The position numbers and the translations under genes were made by a program. A model generated the notes under the pieces. That model worked only from the letters and a program-made list of their open reading frames with translations. It was not told the DNA's origin and searched no databases. A DNA stretch of 64,000 nucleotides from the NCBI GenBank assembly GCA_963732385.1, contig CAVSZB010000005.1, positions 256,001 to 320,000 of the forward strand, read 5' to 3'. Numbering within the stretch: the stretch's first letter is position 1; each line of letters opens with the position of its first letter. The stretch comes from an uncultured bacterium. Its GTDB lineage: Bacteria > Krumholzibacteriota > Krumholzibacteriia > LZORAL124-64-63. Shown in pieces: positions 44,484-55,223 of the stretch.

Positions 44484-45365
44484 GTGCCTGCCTGTTTTTT
44501 CGTTTCCGACCTCCACGGGAGGCGCTCCCGTTACGAATCGCTCTTCGCCGCGATCGCGGCGGAGCGGCCGACGGCCGTGTTCCTCGGCGGTGATCTGCTG
44601 CCGCACGCGTTGGTGGCACCGCACGCGCCCGGCGGAGCTCCTCCGGATTTCAGCGACGACTATCTGGCTGTGCGATTCCTGCGCCTGCGCGACAGGCTCG
44701 GCGCGGACGCCCCGCGCGTTTTCGTAATCCTGGGCAACGACGACGCGCGCGCCGAGGAAACCACCATGCTCGCCGCGGCCGCACGCGGCGCCTGGGAGTA
44801 CGTGCATGAGCGCGCGGTGGAATTCGGCCAATGGCGCGTGTGCGGCTACGCCTGTGTCCCCCCCACCCCGTTCCGCCTCAAGGATTGGGAACGCTACGAC
44901 GTGTCGCGCTTCACCGATCCCGGCTGCCTGCCACCCGAGGACGGGATACGCACGGTACCGGTGCCGGAACACGAGATCATCCACGGCACGATCGCGGACG
45001 ACCTGGCGCGTTGCACGGGCGACGTCGACATGGAGCGCGCGATCATCCTTTTCCACACCCCGCCGTACGATACGCGGCTCGACCGTGCCGCGCTCGACGG
45101 CAAAATGATCGACCACGTCCCGCTCGATCCGCACATCGGCAGCATCGCCGTGCGACGCTTCGTCGAGGCGCGCCAGCCGCTGCTGACCCTGCACGGCCAC
45201 GTGCACGAGTCGACGCGCCTCACCGGGGAGTGGCGCCAGCAACTCGACCGTACCTGGATGTTCCAGGGGGCGCACGACGGACCGGAACTGGCGCTCGTGC
45301 GTTTCGATCCGGAACGTATCGGGGACGCGACGCGGGAATTGCTGAGGCCGCCGGCGGATGGCTGA
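44484..45365 (+). CDS. Calcineurin-like metallophosphoesterase (Icc-related)
   Basis: SDLHG, GGDL, GNDD, HTPP, HGHVHE. Confidence 0.88.
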   Translation: MPACFFVSDLHGRRSRYESLFAAIAAERPTAVFLGGDLLPHALVAPHAPGGAPPDFSDDYLAVRFLRLRDRLGADAPRVFVILGNDDARAEETTMLAAAARGAWEYVHERAVEFGQWRVCGYACVPPTPFRLKDWERYDVSRFTDPGCLPPEDGIRTVPVPEHEIIHGTIADDLARCTGDVDMERAIILFHTPPYDTRLDRAALDGKMIDHVPLDPHIGSIAVRRFVEARQPLLTLHGHVHESTRLTGEWRQQLDRTWMFQGAHDGPELALVRFDPERIGDATRELLRPPADG

Positions 45366-45381
45366 GCGGACGGCCATCCGT
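45354..45381. terminator. Hairpin between the convergent phosphoesterase and PPDK_N-NTase genes
   Basis: GCGGATGGCTG-agcgga-CGGCCATCCGT, 11-bp stem including G-U pairs. Confidence 0.45.
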
Positions 45382-48300
45382 CAGTGGGCCTGCCCCCCGA
45401 TCGGCAGCAACCGTGCCGGATCCGTGGCGGCGCCGATCTTCACCGCGTAGCTCGTCTTCGTCGCGATGTCGTCGTCGGTGACGATGTGGACATCGAGCAG
45501 GCCGTCCGTGCGGTAGCCGGTGCGCTGGAAGTTCATCTCGGCCAGGCAGAGACTCCACCCCTCCATCCAGATCAGCAGATCGCGGCGCTGCTCCTCGGTG
45601 CCCCGGAAATGGACCAGCACGTCGATGTCGCTGCCGGGGCCCGCGGAACCGCTTTTCGTGCTGCCGAAGACGTAGAAGGCCTGCACGCCGAAACGCGCGG
45701 GGTCGAGCGAGGCCGCCACCCGCTCGGCCATGCTCATGCGCCAGCGCCAGAACAGGTCGCCCTGCGGCGCCGGCGCAGCGGCCTTCGGCTCCCCGATCTC
45801 GGGTCCGGCGGGCGGGCGGCCGAGCAGGCCGACCGCCTCGTCGAGATCGGCGTTCATGAAGACGCTCAGCACCAGGCCGTCGGTGGCCGCCGGCACGTCG
45901 ATCACGCGCAGGCACGCCTCGAGGTGGGCAAATTCCGGGAGCAACTGGCCGAGCATGTTGGGAGAGGCGAGCAGGAACCGTTCGTTGAAGACGATGCCCT
46001 TGTCGTCCGGATAGAGCGGCAGGTAGCGGATCTGCGCCTCGACAAGATCCTGGAAGAAGTGCGTTCCGAACGAGAGGTCCGGGACATAGTGCCCCTGCTG
46101 GCGTGCGATCTCGATCAGCATGGCCGTGTTGTTGATGTCGGAGTAGGTGATGCTGACGCCCAGCTTGATGTCGCCGCGACTGCCCCACCGACCCGGACCC
46201 ATGAGGATGAAGCGCCGCTTCGGCAGGATCTTGTTAAGGAGGCCCACGGCGCGACCCACGGCCAGCATCTCGTGCCGATCCGGCAGCTCGCCGTACTTGA
46301 CCGGATCCACATAGACCACGTGCGTGATCGGCGGCATGAGGCCGTTCGAAATGTAGCGGTTGGCCGTGAAGACGAGGCGCTCCTCGGCGATGTCCTTGGG
46401 GATCGGGGCGGCCACGGCGCCGAGCGCGCTGCTCTGCTGCCGGCACTGCAGCAGGTAGAAGTTCTTCCCGTCCGACGCGAACTCGATGTCCACGGGGTGG
46501 CCCAGCTTGCTCTCGAGGGTCTGCAGGATGAACTGTAACTGCCTGATGAACGGCGTGTTGCCGGTCAGCCCCTCGAACGTCACCACGAGATCGTCCCGCT
46601 CGGGGTCGAGCTGGCCCTTCAGCGGACGGCGCAGGCGACCGCCATCGAAGATCGACACGATCTGGGCGAGCGCCGGCAGGTCGTCGGCGTGCTTCCTGAG
46701 GAACTCCCGCACCGGCACCGTCTCGAAGGTGTTGGTGACCAGGTTGATGACGTCGATCTTCTGCGGCGCGTAGCGCACGACTTCGTCGATGGAAACGTTG
46801 ACCCGCAGGTTCGGCTGGCCCGGGGCGATCAGCACCGGGTAATCGTCGCTGGTGCGGTCCACGGCGCGCGTGCCGAGCCCAGCCACCAGGCGGATCAGGC
46901 CGTCCTCGCGGCGGATGCGCGCCGACCAGCGGAACTCGTTGCGGCTGAATGCCACGCCGGCGAAGGAGGGGAGGTAGTAGTCGCCGACCCGCGTGCCGAC
47001 CACCTCCTGGATCATGATCCCCATCTCCTCGTGGAAGTCGAGGAGGCCGCGCTCGGCGCGGTACTCGATGGGATCGGGTCCGAACACCGAGGCATAGACT
47101 TCGGCAATGGCGTCCATCAACGCCGTGAGCCGCTCCTGCTTCGAGCCCTGGTTGGCCAAAAAGAGGCTCTTGTATTTGCCGGAGAAGGCCGAGCCGATGC
47201 GGTCCTCGAGCAGCGAGGAACTGCGCACGATCAGCGGGCGGTCGTCGAAGTCGTCGAGAGCCACCGAAAGGCCCTTCACGATCTCGGGCGGGAACTGGCT
47301 GTTCTTGAACGTCTGTACGATGTGCGGATATTCGAGGCGGACCTGGTTGATCTCCTTGTACTTCTGCTCAACCACCTCGTTGAGGTTGTTGTAGTGCATG
47401 AAGCTGAGCGTCACGTCCGAGGCTACGTACCAGGTCTTCGGGATGCGCAGGTTGTCGAGCAGCCCTTCGTCTCCGGAATTCTTACGGAGGACCTGCGCGG
47501 CCAGGAAGAGGCCGGCGCTCTTGCCCCCCAGCTTGCCGAGGCTGTCGGAGGTATAGATGATGTTCTGCAGCAGCTCGTCGTAGTCCGCCACGTCGATGTA
47601 GTTCTTGGCGATGTTGATGAAGAGCAGCTGCTCGGTGAAGAACCGCCGGATCAGCGACACGCGCACGTTCTTGCTCGTGGCGATGGGCAGCTCGGCGTCC
47701 TGGGGCGCGATGGCGCGGTAGCGACGGATGGCGTCCACGACGTCCGGCAGCGGAGTGTGCAGGCTGACCAGGGGGGTGACCAGGAAGTTGAGCTTGTCCT
47801 CCTGGATCCACATGCGCACCCTCGCGAGGATCTCCTCATCGCCCAGATGCGCGGCCGCGATGCGGAAGATCTCCTTGCTCATCGCCTCGGTCACGCCGGC
47901 GGCGCGACGTTCATAGGGACGGTTCGTGTCGCCGTAGCGCTCGTCCTGCTCGGACATCTGGTTCGGCGAAGTGGACTCGAGCAGCCGCTCCGCCTCCGCG
48001 ACACCGGCCCAGCAAAGATGATTGAGCATCTTGTGCGAGAGACTGAGGAAGAAGCTCTTGTCGGTCTGGCGCAGCATGTCGAGAACGACCTGCCACTCGC
48101 CGCGGTGCGTGCGCGTGAACTCCGCCGAGGCCGCCTGGTACTCTTCGACCAGCACCTTCATCCGCTGGTGCATGATGAAATGGCCCAGCCGGTCGGCGAT
48201 GGAGCTGATTAGCCGGTGTTCCTCCTTGAGGAACGGGCCCTCGCCGGCCGGCGGCTTCTCCTCGCTGTAGGCCACGGTCACGCGCCCGACGTATTCGTCA

Positions 48301-48569
48301 ATCACGATGATGTCCGCGCTCATCGTCCAGGGGGACTCGACCCAGTCGTCGCTCTTGAAGATGAGATTCTCGTACGTGATGCGCGCCCGGCAGACGTCAG
48401 GGTACTGCCAGCCCTCGGGGATGGTCCTCACGATCCGCTCGAGCATCTCGCGCGTGGAGAGTTGCGGCTGGCCGAGAATCTCCTCGATCCGGTAAAGGCA
48501 GTTCAACTCCTTGGCCCGCTCGTGCAGGGAGTAGAGCAGCTTGCCCAGGTTCTCGTTCGGCTCCGTCAT
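45381..48569 (-). CDS. GAF-like + PEP-synthase/PPDK N-terminal (ATP-grasp) + Pol-beta nucleotidyltransferase fusion protein
   Basis: ERAKELNCLY...GWQYP...GPFLKEE sensor-like domain; LGGKSAGL, VRSSSLLED, FSGKY, IQEVVG, GLG, DIEFA, LLQCR; GRWGS...SFGTHFF; C-terminal YVFGS...SDID...DVH. Confidence 0.82.
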   Translation of the reverse strand: MTEPNENLGKLLYSLHERAKELNCLYRIEEILGQPQLSTREMLERIVRTIPEGWQYPDVCRARITYENLIFKSDDWVESPWTMSADIIVIDEYVGRVTVAYSEEKPPAGEGPFLKEEHRLISSIADRLGHFIMHQRMKVLVEEYQAASAEFTRTHRGEWQVVLDMLRQTDKSFFLSLSHKMLNHLCWAGVAEAERLLESTSPNQMSEQDERYGDTNRPYERRAAGVTEAMSKEIFRIAAAHLGDEEILARVRMWIQEDKLNFLVTPLVSLHTPLPDVVDAIRRYRAIAPQDAELPIATSKNVRVSLIRRFFTEQLLFINIAKNYIDVADYDELLQNIIYTSDSLGKLGGKSAGLFLAAQVLRKNSGDEGLLDNLRIPKTWYVASDVTLSFMHYNNLNEVVEQKYKEINQVRLEYPHIVQTFKNSQFPPEIVKGLSVALDDFDDRPLIVRSSSLLEDRIGSAFSGKYKSLFLANQGSKQERLTALMDAIAEVYASVFGPDPIEYRAERGLLDFHEEMGIMIQEVVGTRVGDYYLPSFAGVAFSRNEFRWSARIRREDGLIRLVAGLGTRAVDRTSDDYPVLIAPGQPNLRVNVSIDEVVRYAPQKIDVINLVTNTFETVPVREFLRKHADDLPALAQIVSIFDGGRLRRPLKGQLDPERDDLVVTFEGLTGNTPFIRQLQFILQTLESKLGHPVDIEFASDGKNFYLLQCRQQSSALGAVAAPIPKDIAEERLVFTANRYISNGLMPPITHVVYVDPVKYGELPDRHEMLAVGRAVGLLNKILPKRRFILMGPGRWGSRGDIKLGVSITYSDINNTAMLIEIARQQGHYVPDLSFGTHFFQDLVEAQIRYLPLYPDDKGIVFNERFLLASPNMLGQLLPEFAHLEACLRVIDVPAATDGLVLSVFMNADLDEAVGLLGRPPAGPEIGEPKAAAPAPQGDLFWRWRMSMAERVAASLDPARFGVQAFYVFGSTKSGSAGPGSDIDVLVHFRGTEEQRRDLLIWMEGWSLCLAEMNFQRTGYRTDGLLDVHIVTDDDIATKTSYAVKIGAATDPARLLPIGGQAH

Positions 48570-50320
48570 TTCAGAATCACACCCCGTCCGCTGCGGCCGT
48601 CCACCCGGATGCACAGCGGGGAATCCAGTCGCACGTGCCGCGCGTGCAAGGATTCTCCCGTCGCGGGCTGCGTGTCCAGCCAGGTCCAATCGATGCGATG
48701 CATTCCCGCGTGGTGCACGGAAAAATAGAATACCTGGAAACTCGTGATGTTGTGGAAGAAATGCGAGCCCTGGCTGCGCTCGACGTTCATTTCCGGCAGG
48801 GTCGCCTCGACGATCGCCCGGGCCCCCGAGATCTGCGCCCACTCGACCGGGATACCGAGCCACGGATCGCTGCTGCCCCAGCGCCCGAACCCGATCAGCA
48901 GGTAGGGGCGTCCGGCCGCCGTAAGGGTGCGGTTGAAGACCTCGATCTCGCCCGCCACGGCGCGCGTGGCCTTCGCGTCGAAGGTCTCCAGCTTGACGTA
49001 GACGACATCGCGGATATCGCCGGTCTCGCCATTGCCGAGCACGGTTTCAGAGGCCGCCAGCACGCCGGCGCCCAGCATCGACTCCGGGGCGACCTCCACC
49101 TGCGCCTGCGAGACCACCATTGGACGCACCTGCAGGAAACCGAACCGCGCCGGCAATCCGCTGTCTGGCCCGAGGGTCAGGGCGAATTCGATTTCAACCG
49201 CCTCGCCGACCACCTCCCCGCAGACCCGCAGCAGCTGCCGCAGCAGCTCGTTCAGCGGGATATCGGGCAGGCCGAGGACCGGCGCGAAGGTGAGCACCCG
49301 CGCCCCGTCCGCCCCGGCGCCCATGATGAGGCGATCGTTGGCGGCATCGTACGTGGAGACGAGGTGGTTGAGCACACCGTCGTAGTCGGCCCGCACGAGG
49401 TCCGCCCGCGCCAGATATTCTGTCTCGCGCGTGGGGTCGTAGGCCGGCGGCCGGCCCATGTTCACGGCCCAGAATTCCGTCTGGCTCTGGCGCACGAGCT
49501 CGCGCGCGGAGGCGATCGGGGGCATGGCGTCGGGCCAGGCGGGCGAGTAGGTCCAGCAGCGGCCGCCGTCGACGATCTGCTTGCCGAGTCCGAGCGCGAG
49601 ATCCACGACCCCGTCCTCCGGACGGGCGTTTCCGGTCGGGTAGAAGTTCCAGGAGCGCGCCACGCCGGAGATGTGGGGGTAGAACAGGTCGCCGCGGCGC
49701 TCCCCCACGACCTCCTGCACGACCACGGCCATCTTCTCCTGTGCGTCCGGCTCCCGGGTGGCGCGGCGGTAGTCGCGCGCGCCGCGGAAGAAGGTCGAGG
49801 CGTACACGAACTTGATCGCCTCGGTCAGCTTGCGGAAACGCGTGTCGGTGTCGGGTTGGTTGTTGGGAATCATCTTCGTGGCATAGACACCGGCGAACGG
49901 CTCGTACATGGCGTCCTCGAGCAGGCTCGAGGAGCGCAGGGCGAGCGGCTGGTGCGTCCGCTCCACCAGCGAACGCAGATCGCCCAGGATCTCCGCAGGC
50001 AGGTCGGCGTGCAGGAAAACGTTGGCGATGACATCGTCCGCGTCGCCCGACCGCGCCCTGTCGCTCAGCCGGTTGCGCTCGATGAACAGGTCGAAAATCT
50101 CCGTCGTCAGCACCAGCAGGTCGGGGATGGCCACTTCGATGCCGGGGAAACCATGCGGATCGAGGCTGTCGCGCAGCGCTTCGCGGATCGCCGCCAGGCC
50201 CGACGCCTTGCCGCCGAGCGCGCCATCGCCGAGACGGGCGAACGTCTGGGCGCCGTCGCGGCGATCCCGGACGAAGAGCGGCACGTCGGGAACAGAAGAG
50301 CGGGGATTCGATCGACTCAT
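48566..50320 (-). CDS. PEP-synthase/PPDK N-terminal domain protein (paralog without sensor or NTase)
   Basis: LGGKASGL, LRSSSLLED, FAGVY, MAVVVQEVVG, GLG, EIEFA, FLQVRP; GRWGS...SQGSHFF; ATGA overlap with the next gene. Confidence 0.82.
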   Translation of the reverse strand: MSRSNPRSSVPDVPLFVRDRRDGAQTFARLGDGALGGKASGLAAIREALRDSLDPHGFPGIEVAIPDLLVLTTEIFDLFIERNRLSDRARSGDADDVIANVFLHADLPAEILGDLRSLVERTHQPLALRSSSLLEDAMYEPFAGVYATKMIPNNQPDTDTRFRKLTEAIKFVYASTFFRGARDYRRATREPDAQEKMAVVVQEVVGERRGDLFYPHISGVARSWNFYPTGNARPEDGVVDLALGLGKQIVDGGRCWTYSPAWPDAMPPIASARELVRQSQTEFWAVNMGRPPAYDPTRETEYLARADLVRADYDGVLNHLVSTYDAANDRLIMGAGADGARVLTFAPVLGLPDIPLNELLRQLLRVCGEVVGEAVEIEFALTLGPDSGLPARFGFLQVRPMVVSQAQVEVAPESMLGAGVLAASETVLGNGETGDIRDVVYVKLETFDAKATRAVAGEIEVFNRTLTAAGRPYLLIGFGRWGSSDPWLGIPVEWAQISGARAIVEATLPEMNVERSQGSHFFHNITSFQVFYFSVHHAGMHRIDWTWLDTQPATGESLHARHVRLDSPLCIRVDGRSGRGVILK

Positions 50321-50383
50321 CGCGGGCTCCCTCCTCACGCAGCACAACCGGTGGAGGGCGGGCAGGGGCGCGACCGGGAACAG

Positions 50384-50418
50384 GCGGCGCGGGGACGGCA
50401 CGCCCGTCCCCGCGCCGC
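50384..50418 (-). terminator. Perfect 15-bp hairpin between gdh and the PPDK_N genes
   Basis: GCGGCGCGGGGACGG-cacgc-CCGTCCCCGCGCCGC, about 50 nt after the gdh stop; weak U-tail. Confidence 0.55.
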
Positions 50419-50469
50419 GAAGTGGGGACGCCGGGCCGCGCCGGAGCGCCGACGCCCGGCATCCAGCGC

Positions 50470-51756
<1,287 letters not shown>

Positions 51757-51883
51757 GTCGATCATCCTCTCTCGGTCCTGGTCTGCGAGCGTGGGACGCG
51801 CCCGGAAGGGGGCGGAAAGCCCGTCGCCGGTGTCCGCGAAACATCTCGCTATCCGGGAAAGAAGCCTCCCGCCCAGCGTCCCG

Positions 51884-53119
51884 TCAAGCGCCACCGGCTC
51901 CGGTGGGCGGACGCCGGCGGGCCCCACGGTGGATGGCGCCGCTGCCGAAGCGGTCCCGCAACGCATCCAGGACATGGTCAACGATTTCTATCTTCTCAAT
52001 GGCCCGATCCGCGAACAGCTCCGGCGGGGCCGCGGTGGACGGATAGAGACCCGTAAGTGTCACGCCGACAAGGCGTAGCGGCCTTCCCCGCCGGCCGAGA
52101 CGGCGGATCAGAAGGTCCCGGGCGACATCGCGCAGATCGGGGGTGCGGGCCGTGGGAGCCGGCAGGGTGACCGCACGCGTGACGGTGGTGAAATCGGAAT
52201 AGCGCGCTTTCAGATGGATGGTACGCGCATGCAGCCCCGCCGCGCGCAGTCGACGCGCGACCCGCTCCACCAGTTCGTCGAGTTCTTCCCGGAGCGCCGG
52301 TTCGTCGGCGATGTCGCGCGCGAACGTCGTTTCCGCGCCGATCGACTTCGCTTCCACATCGGGCACGACCGGGCGGTCATCGATGCCGAGCGCCAGTTCG
52401 CGCAGTCCCCGCGCGTGGCGGCCGAGCAGGGCGGTGAGCGCGTTGATGTCACAGGCGAGCAGATCGCGCACACGGCGCACGCCGCGCGCGGCCAGTTCCC
52501 GCTCCGTCACCTCTCCCACGCCCCACAGGCGGCCCACCGGCAGGTCGGCCAGGCGGACCGCGGCCTCCGCCTGCTCGATGATCACGAAACCGTCAGGCTT
52601 TTCGAGATCGCTGGCCAGCTTCGCCAGGAACTTGTTCGGCGCGATGCCGACCGAGGCGATCAGACCCACGTCCGCGCGGATTTGCGCCTTGATGGCGCGG
52701 CCGATCGCGGCGGCGGGGCCGAACAGACGCTGACAGCCGGTCACGTCGAGGAACGCCTCGTCGATCGAGAGCGGTTCGATCAAAGGCGTGAAGGCGGCCA
52801 GGACGGCGAAGACCTGCTCCGACACCTCCGCGTAGCGCGCCATCCGCGGCCGCAGGAAAACCCCCTGCGGACAGAGTTGTCGCGCGCGCGCCGCGCTCTG
52901 GGCGCTGTGCACGCCGAAGCGGCGAGCCTCGTAGGACGCCGCCGCCACCACGCCGCGACCTTCCGGCGTTCCCCCCACGATGACCGGACGATCGCGCAGC
53001 AACGGATCGTCGAGCAGTTCCACGGAGGCGTAGAACGCGTCCATGTCCACGTGAACGATGGCGCGAGGCGCCTGCACGCCGTCGCGCAGGGAGGAGGCCG
53101 GGTCGGGACGGTCGGGCAT
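51884..53119 (-). CDS. dinB: DNA polymerase IV
   Basis: HVDMDAFYASVE, ASYEAR, SIDEAFLD, SVGIAPNKFLAKLASD..KPDG. Confidence 0.93.
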   Translation of the reverse strand: MPDRPDPASSLRDGVQAPRAIVHVDMDAFYASVELLDDPLLRDRPVIVGGTPEGRGVVAAASYEARRFGVHSAQSAARARQLCPQGVFLRPRMARYAEVSEQVFAVLAAFTPLIEPLSIDEAFLDVTGCQRLFGPAAAIGRAIKAQIRADVGLIASVGIAPNKFLAKLASDLEKPDGFVIIEQAEAAVRLADLPVGRLWGVGEVTERELAARGVRRVRDLLACDINALTALLGRHARGLRELALGIDDRPVVPDVEAKSIGAETTFARDIADEPALREELDELVERVARRLRAAGLHARTIHLKARYSDFTTVTRAVTLPAPTARTPDLRDVARDLLIRRLGRRGRPLRLVGVTLTGLYPSTAAPPELFADRAIEKIEIVDHVLDALRDRFGSGAIHRGARRRPPTGAGGA

Positions 53120-53132
53120 GGGTCATTCCCGT

Positions 53133-53879
53133 TCAGCCGGCATCGCCCGGCGCGGCGGGGGGCAAAGGCGGCAATGGCAGCACGTTGGGCGGGCAGACGG
53201 ACGGGATCCCGGCGGCGATTTCCAGCCGCTCCCAGGCGCCGCGACCGACCGGTCGCGCCCCGACCGCCAGCCGCGTCCAGACGTGCCGCAGCCGCACGGT
53301 GGGGGCGTGCAGCGCGAATCGCGGCGGCGGACCGGGCAGGCGCAGCACGGTCAGCGCGCCGTTGTCCGGCCCGTCGGAGACGACGTCGCCGGGACGGCGC
53401 GGCGCGGCGCCCAACAATGCACGCAGCGCAGCCTCGGCGCCCGGTCCCGCCAGGCCCAGCCGCGCGGTCCGCCCCGAGACATCGGTGAGCGCGACATCCG
53501 ACCGGAAGAGATACTGACGCAGCCGCTCGCGCGTATCGTCAAGCGTCGCCGCGGGCGCCTCGATCCGGATCTCCGCACCGCGCCGCCACAGACGCAGCAC
53601 CTCCGCCACGCGCCCCTCCGCATCGCAGAGCGCCGCGAGGATCGTGTGACCGGCGTCGAGCGCGGCCAGATCGACCGTCACCTGGCCCTGGAGAAAGCGT
53701 GCAGCGTCGGCGCCGGTGGCGGCGAGCAGCCCGATGTGCGAAAGATCGGCCAGCACATCGCCGGTCGTTGCCGCCACAGCCTCGTCCAGGGCCGACGCCG
53801 CGCCGAAACTGACTACGGCGTCCCCATCGAAAGCCGCTCCCCGGCCCGTCAGGAATTCCCGCCAGCGCTCGCGATCCAT
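53133..53879 (-). CDS. YgfZ/GcvT-like folate-binding protein, C-terminally truncated
   Basis: DLSHIGLL..TGADAARFLQGQVT, W..LEIAAGIP; stops before the KGCY.GQE motif. Confidence 0.7.
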   Translation of the reverse strand: MDRERWREFLTGRGAAFDGDAVVSFGAASALDEAVAATTGDVLADLSHIGLLAATGADAARFLQGQVTVDLAALDAGHTILAALCDAEGRVAEVLRLWRRGAEIRIEAPAATLDDTRERLRQYLFRSDVALTDVSGRTARLGLAGPGAEAALRALLGAAPRRPGDVVSDGPDNGALTVLRLPGPPPRFALHAPTVRLRHVWTRLAVGARPVGRGAWERLEIAAGIPSVCPPNVLPLPPLPPAAPGDAG

Positions 53880-53914
53880 GCCGCCTCTTTCCGCGGTCCG
53901 TGCCGTCGCCCCCC

Positions 53915-55099
53915 TCAGAACGCGATGCCGAGCGGTGAATTGGAGCGGATCGTAATGCCGCCGATCACGCGGCCATTGTGGTCGATCGCGCTGAAGAACC
54001 CAGGCGCCCACGACTTCACGCGGAGCAGGCCGGGATACAGATTCAGGCGCCAGCGATAGCTCTGGGTCTGCGCGAAATAGACCGACGCCATCAGCGAGTT
54101 GTTCCGGTCGTAGAAGATGCCGGCCGACGGCACCAGATCCACGGTCTTCACTCCGTCGCCCAGGTCGACCAGCCGTCCCGCCACCAGGCCCGCGCCGGCC
54201 GACCAGCAGTCGCCATCGGGCCTGGTGTAAGAGAAGCCGATCTCTCCGTGCGTCCCGTAGTGGTAGAACAGGCTCCAGCGTTCGCTGCGCGGCAGGCCGA
54301 GTTTCAGCGCGTAGTTCTGCCCGCCGTTCTCAAGCGTGCCGCGCCACGGATCGAAGGCCAGTTGATAGGACCAGTCCGCCATGTGCAGCGTCTCGCCGAA
54401 GAAGCGCGCCACCCGATCGGAGTTGAACAACAGCACCCCCGCCGGATCGAAGAGGTAGAGGTCGGCCACCGGATCGGTCGTCCACCCCACGTAGCTGTTG
54501 TTCTCCACGATCTCGTTGAGCACGTGGGACCCGAACATCGTGCCGACGGCGTACCAGCGGGGATGCGACCATTCGTGGGCGCGAAACCACTCGGCAATGA
54601 GCCGGTAACTCATGCCGCCACCGATGAGATGCTGGGTGTAGTTGGGCCAGTAGCGCGCACCCTTCGCGTTGAAACTGATCGGGATCACCTCGGCCTGCAG
54701 GAACTGCCACCATCCCTCGTGCTGGATGGAACCGAACGGATCGCGCACGTTGCGCCAGAGATTGGTGGCGCCGGTGTCATAGTCGATCTTGAAGGGGCGC
54801 CGATCGCGCTCGCCGACCTGGAAGATGCCATAGCCACTGTTGATGATCATGCGCAGCGGATGGACCAGCGACTCGCTGCCGTAGTCGAGCCGGCGATAGA
54901 AGAAATACGGCTCCGCGACAACGGACGGGAGGGCCGGCGACACGACCGCGGTGTCTCCGTGAGCCGGCGCCGCCGCGCCGGCCGTCGCCCCGCGCGGCGG
55001 GGCGAGTCCGCAAGCGCAGATCGCCAGAACGAAAAAGTGACGCCGGAATAAGCTTGTGATCAACAGCCTTCGATTCTGCGCAGGTGAGCCAGGAGACAT
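53915..55099 (-). CDS. Hypothetical exported protein, possible outer-membrane protein (start uncertain)
   Basis: Signal-like segment; aromatic-rich alternating strands in the C-terminal half; terminal Phe (LGIAF). Confidence 0.6.
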   Translation of the reverse strand: MSPGSPAQNRRLLITSLFRRHFFVLAICACGLAPPRGATAGAAAPAHGDTAVVSPALPSVVAEPYFFYRRLDYGSESLVHPLRMIINSGYGIFQVGERDRRPFKIDYDTGATNLWRNVRDPFGSIQHEGWWQFLQAEVIPISFNAKGARYWPNYTQHLIGGGMSYRLIAEWFRAHEWSHPRWYAVGTMFGSHVLNEIVENNSYVGWTTDPVADLYLFDPAGVLLFNSDRVARFFGETLHMADWSYQLAFDPWRGTLENGGQNYALKLGLPRSERWSLFYHYGTHGEIGFSYTRPDGDCWSAGAGLVAGRLVDLGDGVKTVDLVPSAGIFYDRNNSLMASVYFAQTQSYRWRLNLYPGLLRVKSWAPGFFSAIDHNGRVIGGITIRSNSPLGIAF

Positions 55100-55223
55100 C
55101 CGGCGGCAAAGATGCAGGGCCCCGGCGCGAAATGCCAGCGTCAACGGCCCTGTCGATTCATCGCCTGCGAATAAGTGAAAATGAGACTCCGGGCGAGGCG
55201 CCACGGTCCGGGGCGTCCACCTG

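Noticed and set aside
45381..50320. Canonical PEP synthase or PPDK
   Set aside because: No canonical TSHAA motif and no C-terminal PEP/pyruvate TIM barrel
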